From Nitrospirota bacterium (lineage in GTDB: Bacteria; Nitrospirota; UBA9217): DNA of 64,000 nt. The notes beneath the pieces were generated by a model, which made no database searches, was not told the origin of the DNA, and saw only the letters and a program-made list of their open reading frames with translations. The translations under genes were made by a program, and so were the position numbers. This document shows positions 10,420 through 21,700 of the stretch, piece after piece. Location of the stretch: positions 448,001-512,000 of the forward strand of contig CAWIYV010000010.1 in NCBI GenBank assembly GCA_963840455.1, written 5' to 3'. Position 1 is the first letter of the stretch, and the number at the start of each line of letters is the position of its first letter.

Positions 10420-12251
10420 AGATCAAGCTCATCATATTCCTCAGCATTTCCATTCTTCTCGCCGTGGTCGGCGGAAGCTACCTCCTGGTAATGAGCGAGC
10501 GACGCATAGCTGATTTTGACTATTTGATCATGCTGCACGAGGTCGAGATCCTGCGAAACCAGCTTTTGCTCAGCGTACGGACCGTAGAGGCGGACCTCTA
10601 TTCGCAGCGATCTCGCCTTCCGGCAGGTGTTGATGAGATCGTAGGACATGTGAGCAAGATGGAAAGCACGATGAAATCGTGCTTCGAGTGTCATCACGAG
10701 GAGAGCGTGAATGCGCGGCTCAATGACCTCGATGACCAGGTCGGCGATTTCGGCCATTCGCTGAGCAGGATACTGACCCTTCGGGCGAACAGGAAACGAT
10801 ATGAAGCCGAGGTGGAAAAGGCCCACATCATCGCGGATTCGCTCGTGAGCAAGATCAACACCATGATCATCCTGACTGGCACGAAGCTCAACGAGAAGAC
10901 GGAGATATCCCTTCGGAACGTTGCCAGGACAAAACTGATCATGGTCGTTCTCGTCGCGGCCGGTCCCGTGATGATCGCCATTCTGGGGCTGACAGCGCTC
11001 GCGGGCTTTACGAAGCCGATCAAGGTCCTGCTGGAAGCCACGCGAAAAATGAAGGCAGGCAATCTGGACATACGGACCGCAGGCCTGAAAAACGAGTTCG
11101 CGGAGCTGGGCCAGGCCTTTGACGACATGGCGATCTCGCTGCAGAAGCACACGCAGATAATTGAAGAGAGCGAAAAACGCTATCGGCATCTGTTCGAAAG
11201 CGCCGCTGACGCCATCTTTATTCTGAGCGTTGAGGAAAATACGGCCGGCGAAATCCTGCAGGCAAATCAGGCTGCAGCCAGAATGCATGGCTATACCGTG
11301 GAAGAGCTCATGACGATGAACATCCGGGACCTCGATACGCCGGACGCGGCGTTGGGGATCCCGATACGCATTGACCGGATGCTGAGAGGGGAACGGGTGA
11401 GAACACAGATCAACCATCAGACACGGGACGGCACCATATTCCCGGTCGAAGTCAGCGCCAGCATTTTTGAGGTCGGGAACCATAAGTATATCCTGGCGAT
11501 CGACCGCGACATCACCGAACGCAAACAAACGGAAAATGCCCTTCAACGGGCACAGCAGATACGGGTCGCGGGAGAGATGGCCACGGGCCTTGCACACGAG
11601 ATCAAGAACCCCCTTGCGGGCATCAAGGCCGCGATGGAGATGCTTTCCCGCGAAACCTACTTTCCGGAAGAAGACCGGATCGTCCTGAACAAGGCCATTG
11701 ATGAGATCAAGCGGATCGAGTATTTGATGAAGAGCCTGCTGAACTTTGCCCGGCCGCCGAAGCCGCAACTGGTCAGGACCGACGTGAACGCGGTCCTGGA
11801 AACCGTCCTCGGCTCGGTCCTGAAAGACCCTGCCTACGCGCGGGACGCATCGCGTGCCATTGAAATTCAAAAGAACTACGACCTCCATCTCCCGGCGGTC
11901 ATGGCAGACCCCATGCAGCTTCAGCAGATCTTCATGAACCTGCTCCTGAACGCAGCTGATGCCATGCCTGAGGGGGGCATCCTGGTCCTCGAAACAATGT
12001 TCGATCACGGGCTCGGGATGCTGCAGATCAAGATCTCCGATACCGGCACGGGCGTTGATGCCGCGGTCATCAACAACATATTTCAACCGTTCTTTACGAC
12101 AAAGGCCAAGGGGACCGGTCTTGGCCTGGCCATAACCAAACGATTAGTCGAGGAAAATGAAGGGCAGATCAGCATCGAAAGCAAAGCGAACGGCGGAGCA
12201 GTGTTCATCATAACACTTCCGGCTTTGCACCAAGGAGAATCGCAGGCATGA
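10416..12251 (+). CDS. Sensor histidine kinase (TM-periplasmic CXXCH-TM-HAMP-PAS-HisKA-HATPase)
   Basis: Periplasmic CFECH, HAMP EFAELGQAFDDM, PAS, H-box LAHEIKNPL, N-box QIFMNLLLNA, FFTTK, GTGLGL. Confidence 0.93.
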   Translation: MKIKLIIFLSISILLAVVGGSYLLVMSERRIADFDYLIMLHEVEILRNQLLLSVRTVEADLYSQRSRLPAGVDEIVGHVSKMESTMKSCFECHHEESVNARLNDLDDQVGDFGHSLSRILTLRANRKRYEAEVEKAHIIADSLVSKINTMIILTGTKLNEKTEISLRNVARTKLIMVVLVAAGPVMIAILGLTALAGFTKPIKVLLEATRKMKAGNLDIRTAGLKNEFAELGQAFDDMAISLQKHTQIIEESEKRYRHLFESAADAIFILSVEENTAGEILQANQAAARMHGYTVEELMTMNIRDLDTPDAALGIPIRIDRMLRGERVRTQINHQTRDGTIFPVEVSASIFEVGNHKYILAIDRDITERKQTENALQRAQQIRVAGEMATGLAHEIKNPLAGIKAAMEMLSRETYFPEEDRIVLNKAIDEIKRIEYLMKSLLNFARPPKPQLVRTDVNAVLETVLGSVLKDPAYARDASRAIEIQKNYDLHLPAVMADPMQLQQIFMNLLLNAADAMPEGGILVLETMFDHGLGMLQIKISDTGTGVDAAVINNIFQPFFTTKAKGTGLGLAITKRLVEENEGQISIESKANGGAVFIITLPALHQGESQA

Positions 12252-13636
12252 AAATACAGGGTAGGATCTTTCTGGTTGATGATGATGAGCTGATCAATTC
12301 CATGCTCTCACGGATGTTGAAAAGCAGCGGATACGAGATCCGCACGTCGACCAGCGCCATCGATGTTGTGAGCAAGATCAAATCCTGGTCTGCCGACATC
12401 GTACTGCTCGATATCAGGATCGGCGACCGGAGCGGTATTGATGTGCTGACGGAGCTTGTCAAACAGGAAATCCCGGCGCAGGTCGTCATGCTGACCGCGG
12501 ATGACACCGCGGAGTCGGCGGTAAAAGCAATGAAGCTCGGCGCAGCGGACTACCTGACGAAGCCTTTTAATATCGATGAAGTGAAGATCGTGCTCCAGAA
12601 CATCATGGAACGGGGCAAGTTGAAGCAAGAGGTCGTCTATCTGAGAAAAGTTCAGTCAGAGGTCTTCGAAAAGGAGATCATCGGCAAGTCGAAGGAGATC
12701 CAGGATGTAAAGACCAAGATCAAGAGGATGGCCGATGCTGCGGTCTCAACGATCCTGATCACCGGCGAGAGCGGTACCGGCAAGGAGCTGTTCGCACGGT
12801 ATGCTCACCGTCTGTTCCATGATGTCACCCAGAAAGGATATGCGCCGTTCATCAAGATCAACTGCGCGGCCCTCCCGGAGACGCTGCTCGAGTCGGAGCT
12901 CTTCGGGCATGAAAAAGGGTCCTTTACCGATGCAAAAGCGGATAAAAAAGGACTGTTCGAGCTCGCTCAGGGGGGCTCGATCCTCCTGGACGAGATCGGC
13001 GATATGAAGCAGAGCCTTCAGGGGAAGCTGCTCCGGGTGCTGGAGGAACGAACGGTAAGGCCTGTGGGGGGAAGCGAGGAGATCCCGATCGATGTTACGG
13101 TGATCGCAACGACCAATACGGACCTGAAGAAAGCAGTGGAGAATGGCGAGTTCAGGATGGACCTCTTCTTCCGGTTAAGCGCGTTCCATCTGCACATACC
13201 GCCTCTTCGGGAGCGGAAGGTGGATGTCCCGGTCATCATCGGGCACTATCTGTCCTCCTTCGTCATGCAATATAAACGGCCGACCACGACGCGCATCTCT
13301 CCCGAGGCGGAGAAGATCCTGATGGCCTACGAATGGCCGGGCAATATCCGGGAGCTGAGAAACCTGCTTGAACGGCTTGTCGTCCTCGAAGGGGCGGAAG
13401 AGATCCTGCCCGAGCATCTGCCGAGCTGGCTGACCAGCAAATCAGGCATTGCGACCACGGCTTCCCGTGACCGGATCACGCTGCCGGAACAGGGCGTTTC
13501 GCTCGAGGAGCTGGAAAAAGACCTCATCATGCAGGCACTGGAGCGTACACATCATAATAAGACCCAGGCAGCCAAGCTCCTGAGCCTCAGTTATGATGCG
13601 TTCCGTTACCAGGTGAAAAAGTTCGGACTGGAATAG
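12248..13636 (+). CDS. Sigma54-dependent response regulator (REC-AAA+-Fis HTH, NtrC family)
   Basis: REC domain LVDDD/LLD, GESGTGKE, ESELFGHEKGSFTDA, LLDEIGDM, WPGNIREL, C-terminal HTH. Confidence 0.95.
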   Translation: MKIQGRIFLVDDDELINSMLSRMLKSSGYEIRTSTSAIDVVSKIKSWSADIVLLDIRIGDRSGIDVLTELVKQEIPAQVVMLTADDTAESAVKAMKLGAADYLTKPFNIDEVKIVLQNIMERGKLKQEVVYLRKVQSEVFEKEIIGKSKEIQDVKTKIKRMADAAVSTILITGESGTGKELFARYAHRLFHDVTQKGYAPFIKINCAALPETLLESELFGHEKGSFTDAKADKKGLFELAQGGSILLDEIGDMKQSLQGKLLRVLEERTVRPVGGSEEIPIDVTVIATTNTDLKKAVENGEFRMDLFFRLSAFHLHIPPLRERKVDVPVIIGHYLSSFVMQYKRPTTTRISPEAEKILMAYEWPGNIRELRNLLERLVVLEGAEEILPEHLPSWLTSKSGIATTASRDRITLPEQGVSLEELEKDLIMQALERTHHNKTQAAKLLSLSYDAFRYQVKKFGLE

Positions 13637-13830
13637 CCTCGTGCAACGGTCGCATCCAATCTTCATGAACCGATAATGTGTAAAATCTTACTGAATGTTA
13701 TGGGGGAAGGAGACGATAGTTAGCTGTATTTCTTTCACTGGCGCCATCGGCAATTATAGTGATAGCCTAATTTCCTGTTGACGAAATCCGAATTCGCCTT
13801 ATCGGTCAGCGGGTCTTTCCGTCGCTCCGC

Positions 13831-14562
13831 TTACTGCAGGAAGTGGTTTATATTGTTCATGGAGTTGACGAACTGTATGCCAACATGATGAGCTTCCGGA
13901 GTCCCCGATCGAGCACTCCAGCGGACCACTCCTTCGCACTGGACCTGGGCGTCACAAAGTTTCAGGATATAACCAGGGTCCAGCCCGCAATCTGTTCGAA
14001 TGCGCATGCCCCCCTCACTGATATCGAGGATGTCTGCAGTGAGGACGTCAGGGGTGTTTTTTTCATGAAAAGGGAATGCGACGTAATTGATTTTTCTGGC
14101 AACGGGTATGCGTTTATGTTTGCGGCAGCCATCGGCAAACCACGTTACAAAAGAATCCACATCGTCTTTCAGCGCGCTGCTTACATCACTATATCCAAGC
14201 TTGCCGGTCGTAAGAATCTGGTCAACAAAGGCCCTGAGGCGGTACAGATCAAAAGGCTTCGCTATCAGAAGAACTGCATTTTCCTGAATGTCACGCATCA
14301 TCGTTTCCGATATCTCGCTTCCCGTCATAATGATGATCTTCATCCAGGGAGAAGCCGGGCCTAACTTTTTCATGATCTCAAGGCCGCTCATATCGGGGAG
14401 ATGAATATCAAGGATGCATAGATCAAACCGGTTTTCGCTGAAGGCCTTCAATGCGGATTTCCCGTCCGCTGCTGATATGACTTCTGTATTCGCATCCTTA
14501 AATATTGCGGAAAGTGAATAGAGAATCAGATGTTCATCGTCAACAATAAGGATTTTTTTCAT
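13831..14562 (-). CDS. Response regulator with C-terminal PilZ domain (REC-PilZ)
   Basis: KILIVDDE, ILDIHLP, KPF; PilZ motifs RKHKR and DISEGG. Confidence 0.88.
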   Translation of the reverse strand: MKKILIVDDEHLILYSLSAIFKDANTEVISAADGKSALKAFSENRFDLCILDIHLPDMSGLEIMKKLGPASPWMKIIIMTGSEISETMMRDIQENAVLLIAKPFDLYRLRAFVDQILTTGKLGYSDVSSALKDDVDSFVTWFADGCRKHKRIPVARKINYVAFPFHEKNTPDVLTADILDISEGGMRIRTDCGLDPGYILKLCDAQVQCEGVVRWSARSGTPEAHHVGIQFVNSMNNINHFLQ

Positions 14563-14650
14563 TTTATTGGTAAATGAGAGAGAGACTTGATTTTTCGTTT
14601 ATCTCGCGACATTTTCTATCGTTAAAATCTTCGTAACCATTTAAAATTAA

Positions 14651-14666
14651 AGCAATTTTCATACCA
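14651..14666 (-). promoter_or_regulatory. Sigma54 -24/-12 promoter for the REC-PilZ gene
   Basis: Minus strand reads TGGTATGAAAATTGCT (correct GG-N10-GC spacing), ~90 bp upstream of the ATG. Confidence 0.7.
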
Positions 14667-14822
14667 TTATCAACTTCAAGCAGGAGTTCCTTGTTTTCTA
14701 GGCAGTTATATATATATTCTTGCTAAAGCATAAAAAAATTCCTGGGAAAAATTCCTTAAGTCTGGTGAATTAACGGCACTGACATGGAATTTTCCACTAT
14801 TAATATTATGCTGTGCCAAGAT

Positions 14823-14851
14823 GCCCCGCCCCTTGGGGCGGGGTGGTTCAC
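14823..14851. repeat. IS200/IS605-end-like palindrome (isolated)
   Basis: GCCCCGCCCC-TT-GGGGCGGGGT-GGTTCAC; related to 61232-61271; no transposase nearby. Confidence 0.55.
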
Positions 14852-15019
14852 TCTTCTCAGGCTGTTTTTTTGAATATTCGAAACCACGAAGATTTTTTAT
14901 TCTTTAAATTTTTTTTAGTATAGTAAACTTTGCCTAAATTGTCCAGCATTACTGACTTTAAATTTCATTAACTATAAATTAGCTATAATCTTGCGCCTTG
15001 TTATTGAGTTGTGGAATAT

Positions 15020-15205
15020 AATGAGATGCTCTCGCAGACCGTATATTTTGGGTTTATGATCGGCGGGATCAGCTGTCCGTCGAAAGATTTCAAGGACGTG
15101 TTCTCGATCAATTTCCGCGGAGCGTCAAGTACGGATCCGGCGTCCTCGCCACTTCGTTGAGATTTCAGCGATGGGGTATCATGCACTCGTCGATCTTCGA
15201 TACCA
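15020..15205 (+). pseudogene. Frameshifted C-terminal fragment of a GT2 glycosyltransferase, paralog of 22830-23579
   Basis: NEMLSQTVYFGFMIGGISCPSKDFKDVFSINFR / SVKYGSGVLATSLRFQRWGI aligns to [56 protein letters not shown]. Confidence 0.85.
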
Positions 15206-15637
15206 GGGGAAGAAGCTGGGATGGGAGTAACGAGGGCTCAGCTTCACGGGAAGGATTTTTACAACAGCCTGCTAATGCCGGAGCCCGTTCTAGGCGGTCT
15301 CATCCGTCACACGCTGGGTTCCCGCCCGGTAAGCTTCCGCCGGGCCTCCGCTCATGCACCACCGGACGCTTCCCGTTCGTTCTGTGCGCCACGCTTTTTC
15401 CCTTCCCCTCACGTTTCAGGCCGTTACGACATCATCCCTCCTGTTGAGTTTACTTCCCGATATTCCGGCTATTTCACGGAGCGTAATGGTTATATGACCG
15501 TTTTGTAAGACTTACGATGGATAAAGCACGTTGAATAATACCGTGTGAAATAGCTTGTTCCCGGCGCTTAATACCTTGATAAAAAAACAAGTTTCTGTCT
15601 CGACCAGCATATTGTTGAAAAAATAAACAAAAGAGGT

Positions 15638-15653
15638 TGGCCTGAATCTTGCT
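15638..15653 (+). promoter_or_regulatory. Sigma54 -24/-12 promoter for the large surface protein
   Basis: TGGCCTGAATCTTGCT, ~120 bp upstream of the AGGAG-preceded ATG at 15770. Confidence 0.72.
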
Positions 15654-15769
15654 CTTGCCAGAGATTAAAACCCATCGTGTGGCGAGGCATTGCAATTCGC
15701 ATTCGGGAGCAATGCTGATATCGAGCGCGGCAACCCGACAATTGATCTGGGGTTTATCAGGAGGAGAAC

Positions 15770-18700
15770 ATGAACACGCTGTTGATCTGGCTGGCTACTT
15801 GCTTGCTGAAAAAAGGTGTTCGTTCTCTAATAATTGTATTTGCGATCGTGATGGCAGTCAGCCTGTCAATACGGTCTCTTCCGGCCAATGCGGAGGAAGG
15901 GGGCAATGATCATTGCGCCGCACCTCCGATATCCACGATTACCTCTCCTCTTGCCGGCGCTCAAATCGGCGGCGTTACGACGTATACCATCACGGGCACG
16001 GCGAGCAGCGCGGGAACAGGCGTACTCAAAGTAAAGGTTTCCACGAATGGCGGCAAAAACTGGCATTTGGCCACCGATACCTCGGGCAATGCGTCCTGGA
16101 CTACCTGGAGCTTCACCTGGAAAATGATTTCCAACAAGGCTGATAATGACGGAGATATCGATCCTGATGAGAAAAACGTACTCAAGGACGGCAGCTATGT
16201 CATCAAATCGCGCGCCAAGAGCCACTCCGGGTGCGTTGAAACCGCCGGCCCGGGGGTGACCGTGACCGTAGATAATACCGAGCCCGTCACCGCGGCTTCT
16301 GCCGCCGGTTACGTTTTCGGCAGTCTGACGGCGACCAGCCCGGTCAGCGTGATACTTTCCGCAAGTGACGGCGCCGGCTCCGGTGTGGCAGCCGGCTATC
16401 CAAAGTATTGCGTCGACACGGCCAATACGTGCGCGCCGAATCTTGCATACAGTTCGGCAATCAACGTTACCTGCGCCCCCGGCTCGACATGCACCCAGTA
16501 TGTGCGGTACTATTCACTCGATCGGGCGGGCAACAGCGAGGTCGTACAGAGCTCCATGGTCAAACAGAATGTTCTGGACCTGCTGGCGCCGGTGACCACG
16601 GCGTCCCCGGCGGGCGGAAGGTCCAGCAACTTGCAGACGGTGACGCTCAGTTGCGATGACGGCGCGGGTTCGGGCTGTGCGAGAATCTATTACACTACGG
16701 ACGGCTCGACGCCGACAACGAACTCAGCCGTGTATGCCGGGCCGATCTCCATTTCAAAGACCTCCACTGTAAGTTTCTTTGCCGTCGACCATGCGGGAAA
16801 CAGCGAGGCGGTAAAATCGATTGCCTACATCATTACCTACCATGTCACCACAGACGCGGGAGCACACGGCAGCATATCATGCGGCCCGGTAACGGTGGAC
16901 TATAACGCAAACTCGCTGTGCACGATTACGCCTGATGCCGGATATCACATAGCGGGTGTGTCGGCAGGCCTGACCGGCGGGGCCTTGAATCCGGTAGGAG
17001 CGGTCACTTCCTATCTCCTGGCCAATGTCACGGCCGACATGACCATTGCGGCCGCGTTCGCGATCAATACTTTCACGGTAACGCCTTCGGCGGGACCGGG
17101 AGGCAGCATCAGTCCGAGCACGCCCCGGACTGTGGACTACAACGGTGCGGCTCTGTTCAGCGTGACACCTGACACCGGACATCACCTTGTGGCGGTCACG
17201 GGCTGCAACGGAACATTGTCCGGGAACACCTACACCACGGGGGCCATCTCGGGAGACTGTACCGTGTCGGCTGCGTTCGCGATCGATACTTTCACGATCA
17301 CGATGAATACGGGGACCCATGGGAGCGCCTCCTGCGACCCCACCATGGTGACCTACAATGCGGCCTCCACGTGCGTAATAACGCCCGATGCCGGATATCA
17401 CGCCTCGGTCACGGGCTGCAACGGAACATTGTCCGGGAACACCTTCACCACGGGGGCAATCACGAGCGACTGTACCGTGTCGGCGGTTTTCGTGATCGAT
17501 ACCTTTACAGTCACGCCGATGGCGGGCGCAGGCGGGAGCTTCGCTCCGAACGCCCCGCTGACCGTGAACTATCATGGTACGGCGACGCTCACCGCAGTTC
17601 CGGATGCCGGGAATCACGCAACGATCACGGGCTGCGGCGGCACGCAGTCCGGAAACACCTTCACGATCACGGCCGTCAAAGAAAACTGCACGGTGTTTGC
17701 GACCTTTGCCAACGGCGCGCCGAGCATGCCGGAGATCGACTTTCCTCTTCCGGCGAGCCAGACGGGTTTGACCCCGTCTCTTGAGGTCAAAGCCTCCACG
17801 GACCCCGACGGCGACGCGCTCACCTACACGTTCGAGATTTATTCGGACCCGGAGCTCAGTGAAGGTGCGCGCGTGGCCCAGGCCGCGACAACGAGCGCGA
17901 GCTGGGTAGTCCCGTCCGCCGCGCTCGCAGACAACACCATGTATTACTGGAGGGCCAAGGCCGCCGACGGATATCTATCGAGCGATTGGATGCCCACGGC
18001 CAATTTCTTCGTGAACACGGCCAACGACAACCCCACCACCCCGAACATCAGTTCGCCCCAGGATGGCGTACAGGTGACGACACTTGCACCCGCCCTCAGC
18101 GTCACAAACGCTTCGGACGTGGATTTCTACGACGCATTGAGCTATGACTTCGACGTCGCTACGGACGCCGGCTTCACGAATATCGTAGCGAGAACATCCG
18201 GTATCGCCAAGGGCGCGGGGGGCGCCACGTCCTGGATCGTGATGCCGGCGCTGTCTGAAAACAGTCTGTATTACTGGAGGGCCAGGGCCAAAGACACGAA
18301 TGGCGGGGAAAGCGTATGGGTGAGCGCCTCCTTCTTCGTCAATACGGCCAACGATTCGCCGACCGCTCCGGTGATCAAGACGCCGTCCGACGGCGGCGAA
18401 GTTGCGACATTTACACCAACGCTCGTCATGAACAACGCGACGGATCTCGACAGTCACTTCCTTATGTACACATTCGAGCTCGACACAGTCAATACGTTCG
18501 ACAGTCTAAACAAGCAGGCCTCCGGACTCATCGCGGAAGGTGCAGACACCACGGCCTGGACGCCGGCGGCCCTCACCGAGAACACCACCTACTACTGGCG
18601 GGCGAAGGCCGGCGACGGCCAGGCGGACAGCCCCTGGGTCACGGCGAGCTTCTTTGTAAACACGGTCAACGAGACCCCGAGCGTGCCTACGCTGCATGGG

Positions 18701-21700
18701 CCCGCGAACAACAGCTGGGTCACGGTTTTGGCGCCTTCGCTCCAGGTCAACGCCTCCATTGACCCGGACAACGACGGCGTCACCTATGCGTACGAGGTCT
18801 ATTCCGACAGCGCCCTTACTTCCAGGGTGATGGCTTTCTCCGGCGCGGGGACCAGTTGGACCATCAACAGGAACCTCATCGACAACACCTGGTACTGGTG
18901 GAGGGCGCAGGCGAAGGACGAGCACGGGGCCGTAAGCGGTTGGACAACGGCAAGCTCGTTCTTCGTAAACGATAAGGGGTATAACGATCCTCCGGGCATC
19001 ACCATCATCAAGCCGGGCGCTTCGGATTCAACGAACGCCGCGGGTTACACCATCGCATGGACGGCGTCCGATCCGGACAGCGACCCTGTGGTCACGCTCT
19101 TCTACGACACGACCGGCTCCGGATTCAGCGGCGTCCAGATCGCAACCGGGATGCGCCTGTCCGACCCCGTAAGCAGCTATGTCTGGGACATCTCCGGTCT
19201 TGGCGGCGGAACCTACTATGTGTACGCCAAAATCGACGACGGGACCACGGCTGTGTATGCTTACTCAGGACCGCTGACCATCGTCAGGGTCCCGACCTAT
19301 GACGTAACGGCCACAGCGGAGGCCACCGGAAGCATCACTCCGTCGGGCACGATAAGGGTGAACCAGGGAGACAGCCTGACCTTCAAGGTCACGCCGAATG
19401 CAGGATACGTGGTGCGGTCATTCTGGGTCAACGGCGCGCCGAAGACATTATCACCCGACGGCGTCTATACCTTGAGCAACATCCAGGCGAGCGCCACTGT
19501 CCAGGCTTTCTTCAAGGTGATACCGTATACCATCACGTCCGCGGTGGTGCCGGCAAACTCGGGCAAAATAACCTCACAGGGCGTGAACGCCCTCGGCACC
19601 TACACGTATTATATCTATAGCCCCGACAAGACCTACGACCTTGCCCCGAACGCGGGCTACCACCTTTTGGATGTGCTTGTTGACGGCGTATCCCGGGGGT
19701 TGGTGACCTCGTACACCTTCGTAAACGATCAGGCAAACCACACCATCACGGCTCTCTATGAGCAGAACCAGCCCTACATCATCGCCGCCCATGCAGGGCC
19801 GAATGGCTCCCTATCGCCGTCAGGCGACGTATCGGTGATCGGCGGCACCAACCAGACGTTCACCTTCACGGCCGCCGCAGGGTACCGCGTCCTCGACGTG
19901 CTCGTTGACGGAACCTCGGCGGGCGCGATGAACTCCTACACGTTCGTCAACGTCCAGGCAGGCCATACGATCAGCGCCACCTTCACGCCCGACGTCTATA
20001 CCATCACGGCCGCGGCGGACGTGAACGGGAGCATAGAGCCCTCGGGCGCATTAACGGTGAACAAAGGCGCAAGCCAGACATACACGATCACACCGGCTGA
20101 CGGCTACCAGGTGTCGTTCGTGATCGTCGACAACGCCCAGAAGGGGGCGATAACGACGTATACCTTCGCGAACATCGCGGCGAACCATACCATTAATGCG
20201 TACTTTAAGGTGAAGACCTACAACATCATAGCCAGTGCGGGAGCCGGGGGCAACATAACGCCCTCGGGCACGGCCACGCGGAACATCGGCACCGACCAGA
20301 CCTACACCATCACTCCGTCGCCGGGATACCACATAGCCGATGTCGCTGTCGACGGCCTGTCGCAGGGCGCGGTGGCTACGTATACCTTTGCCTCGCTATC
20401 GGCCGACCACACCATTACGGCAACATTCGCGCCGAACCCATCGTATACCCTTATTGCAAGCGCGGGGCCCAATGGAAGCATATCGCCGACCGGCCAGATA
20501 TCCGCGCTCGGCGGCACCAGCCGGACCTTTTTGATCGTCCCGGCCGCGGGGTACCGCGTGGCTGATGTGACCGTAGACGGAGCGTTACAAGGCGCGGTGA
20601 CGGCCTATGTCTTTACGAACATTGCGGCCGACCACACCATTTCGGCCACATTTGCCTTGATCCAATATTACGACATAACCGCGGGCGCGGGGCCGAATGG
20701 AAGCATATCGCCCTCGGGTACGGTTTCCGTGCCGGAGTTCACCAACACGACCTACACCATCACCCCGGCTCCGGGGTACCGCGTGTTGGACGTGCTGGTT
20801 GACGGCGCATCCGTAGGCGCGAGGATATCCTATACATTCTCTAGCGTCCAGGCGGTCCATACGATCAGCGCAACCTTCACGCCGGATGTCTATACCATCA
20901 CGGCCTCTGCCGATGTCAGTGGAGGCATCGCGCCGGCGGGTACGATAACGGTGAGCAAGGGAGACAGCCTGACCTTCACGATAACACCGGATGCGGGATA
21001 CGAGGTGCGGAGCTTGATCGTTGACGGCGCCAACAGGGGCGCTGTAACGACCTATACCTTCGCGAATATTGCGGCGAACCACACCATCAGCGCCTACTTC
21101 AAGATTATTACCTACACCATCACGGCTGCAACGGACGCCAATGGGACCATCAGCCCTGCGGGCGTCAGCTTCGTGAACATCGGCGCCGGCAAGACCTACA
21201 CCATTACGCCAAAACCGGGGTACCACACAGCAGATGTCCTTGTTGACGGGACATCAGTCGGCGCAGTGGGTACGTATGTCTTTACCAATGTAACGTCGAG
21301 CCACACCATCACGGCGACATTTGCGGAGAATCCTGCATACACTATCACAGCCCCTGATGATATGGATTTTGCGGGGATGCACGGCAGCATCTCGCCGGCG
21401 GGCATCAGCACCGTGCTGGGCGGCACCAACAAACGGTTCGATATCATCCCGGATGCTGGGTACCGCGTGGACAATGTGCTGGTAGACGGCGCTTTAGTCG
21501 GCGCGGTGACCTCCTACACGTTCTTCGACATCCAGAAGAACCACACGATCAGCGCAACGTTCACGCCAGATGTCTATACGATCACGGCGACGGCTGGCAT
21601 CAACGGGAACATCACCCCGGCGGGCGCGATAACGGTGAACAAGGGAGACAGCCTTACGTTCACGGTCACACCGGATGCAGGGTACACGGTGTTCAGCGTG

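Noticed and set aside
10356-12086. 576-aa minus-strand ORF
   Set aside because: Antisense to a well-supported histidine kinase; typical shadow ORF
15680-15694. Second sigma54 motif TGGCGAGGCATTGCA
   Set aside because: GG-to-GC spacing is one base short; the motif at 15638 fits exactly
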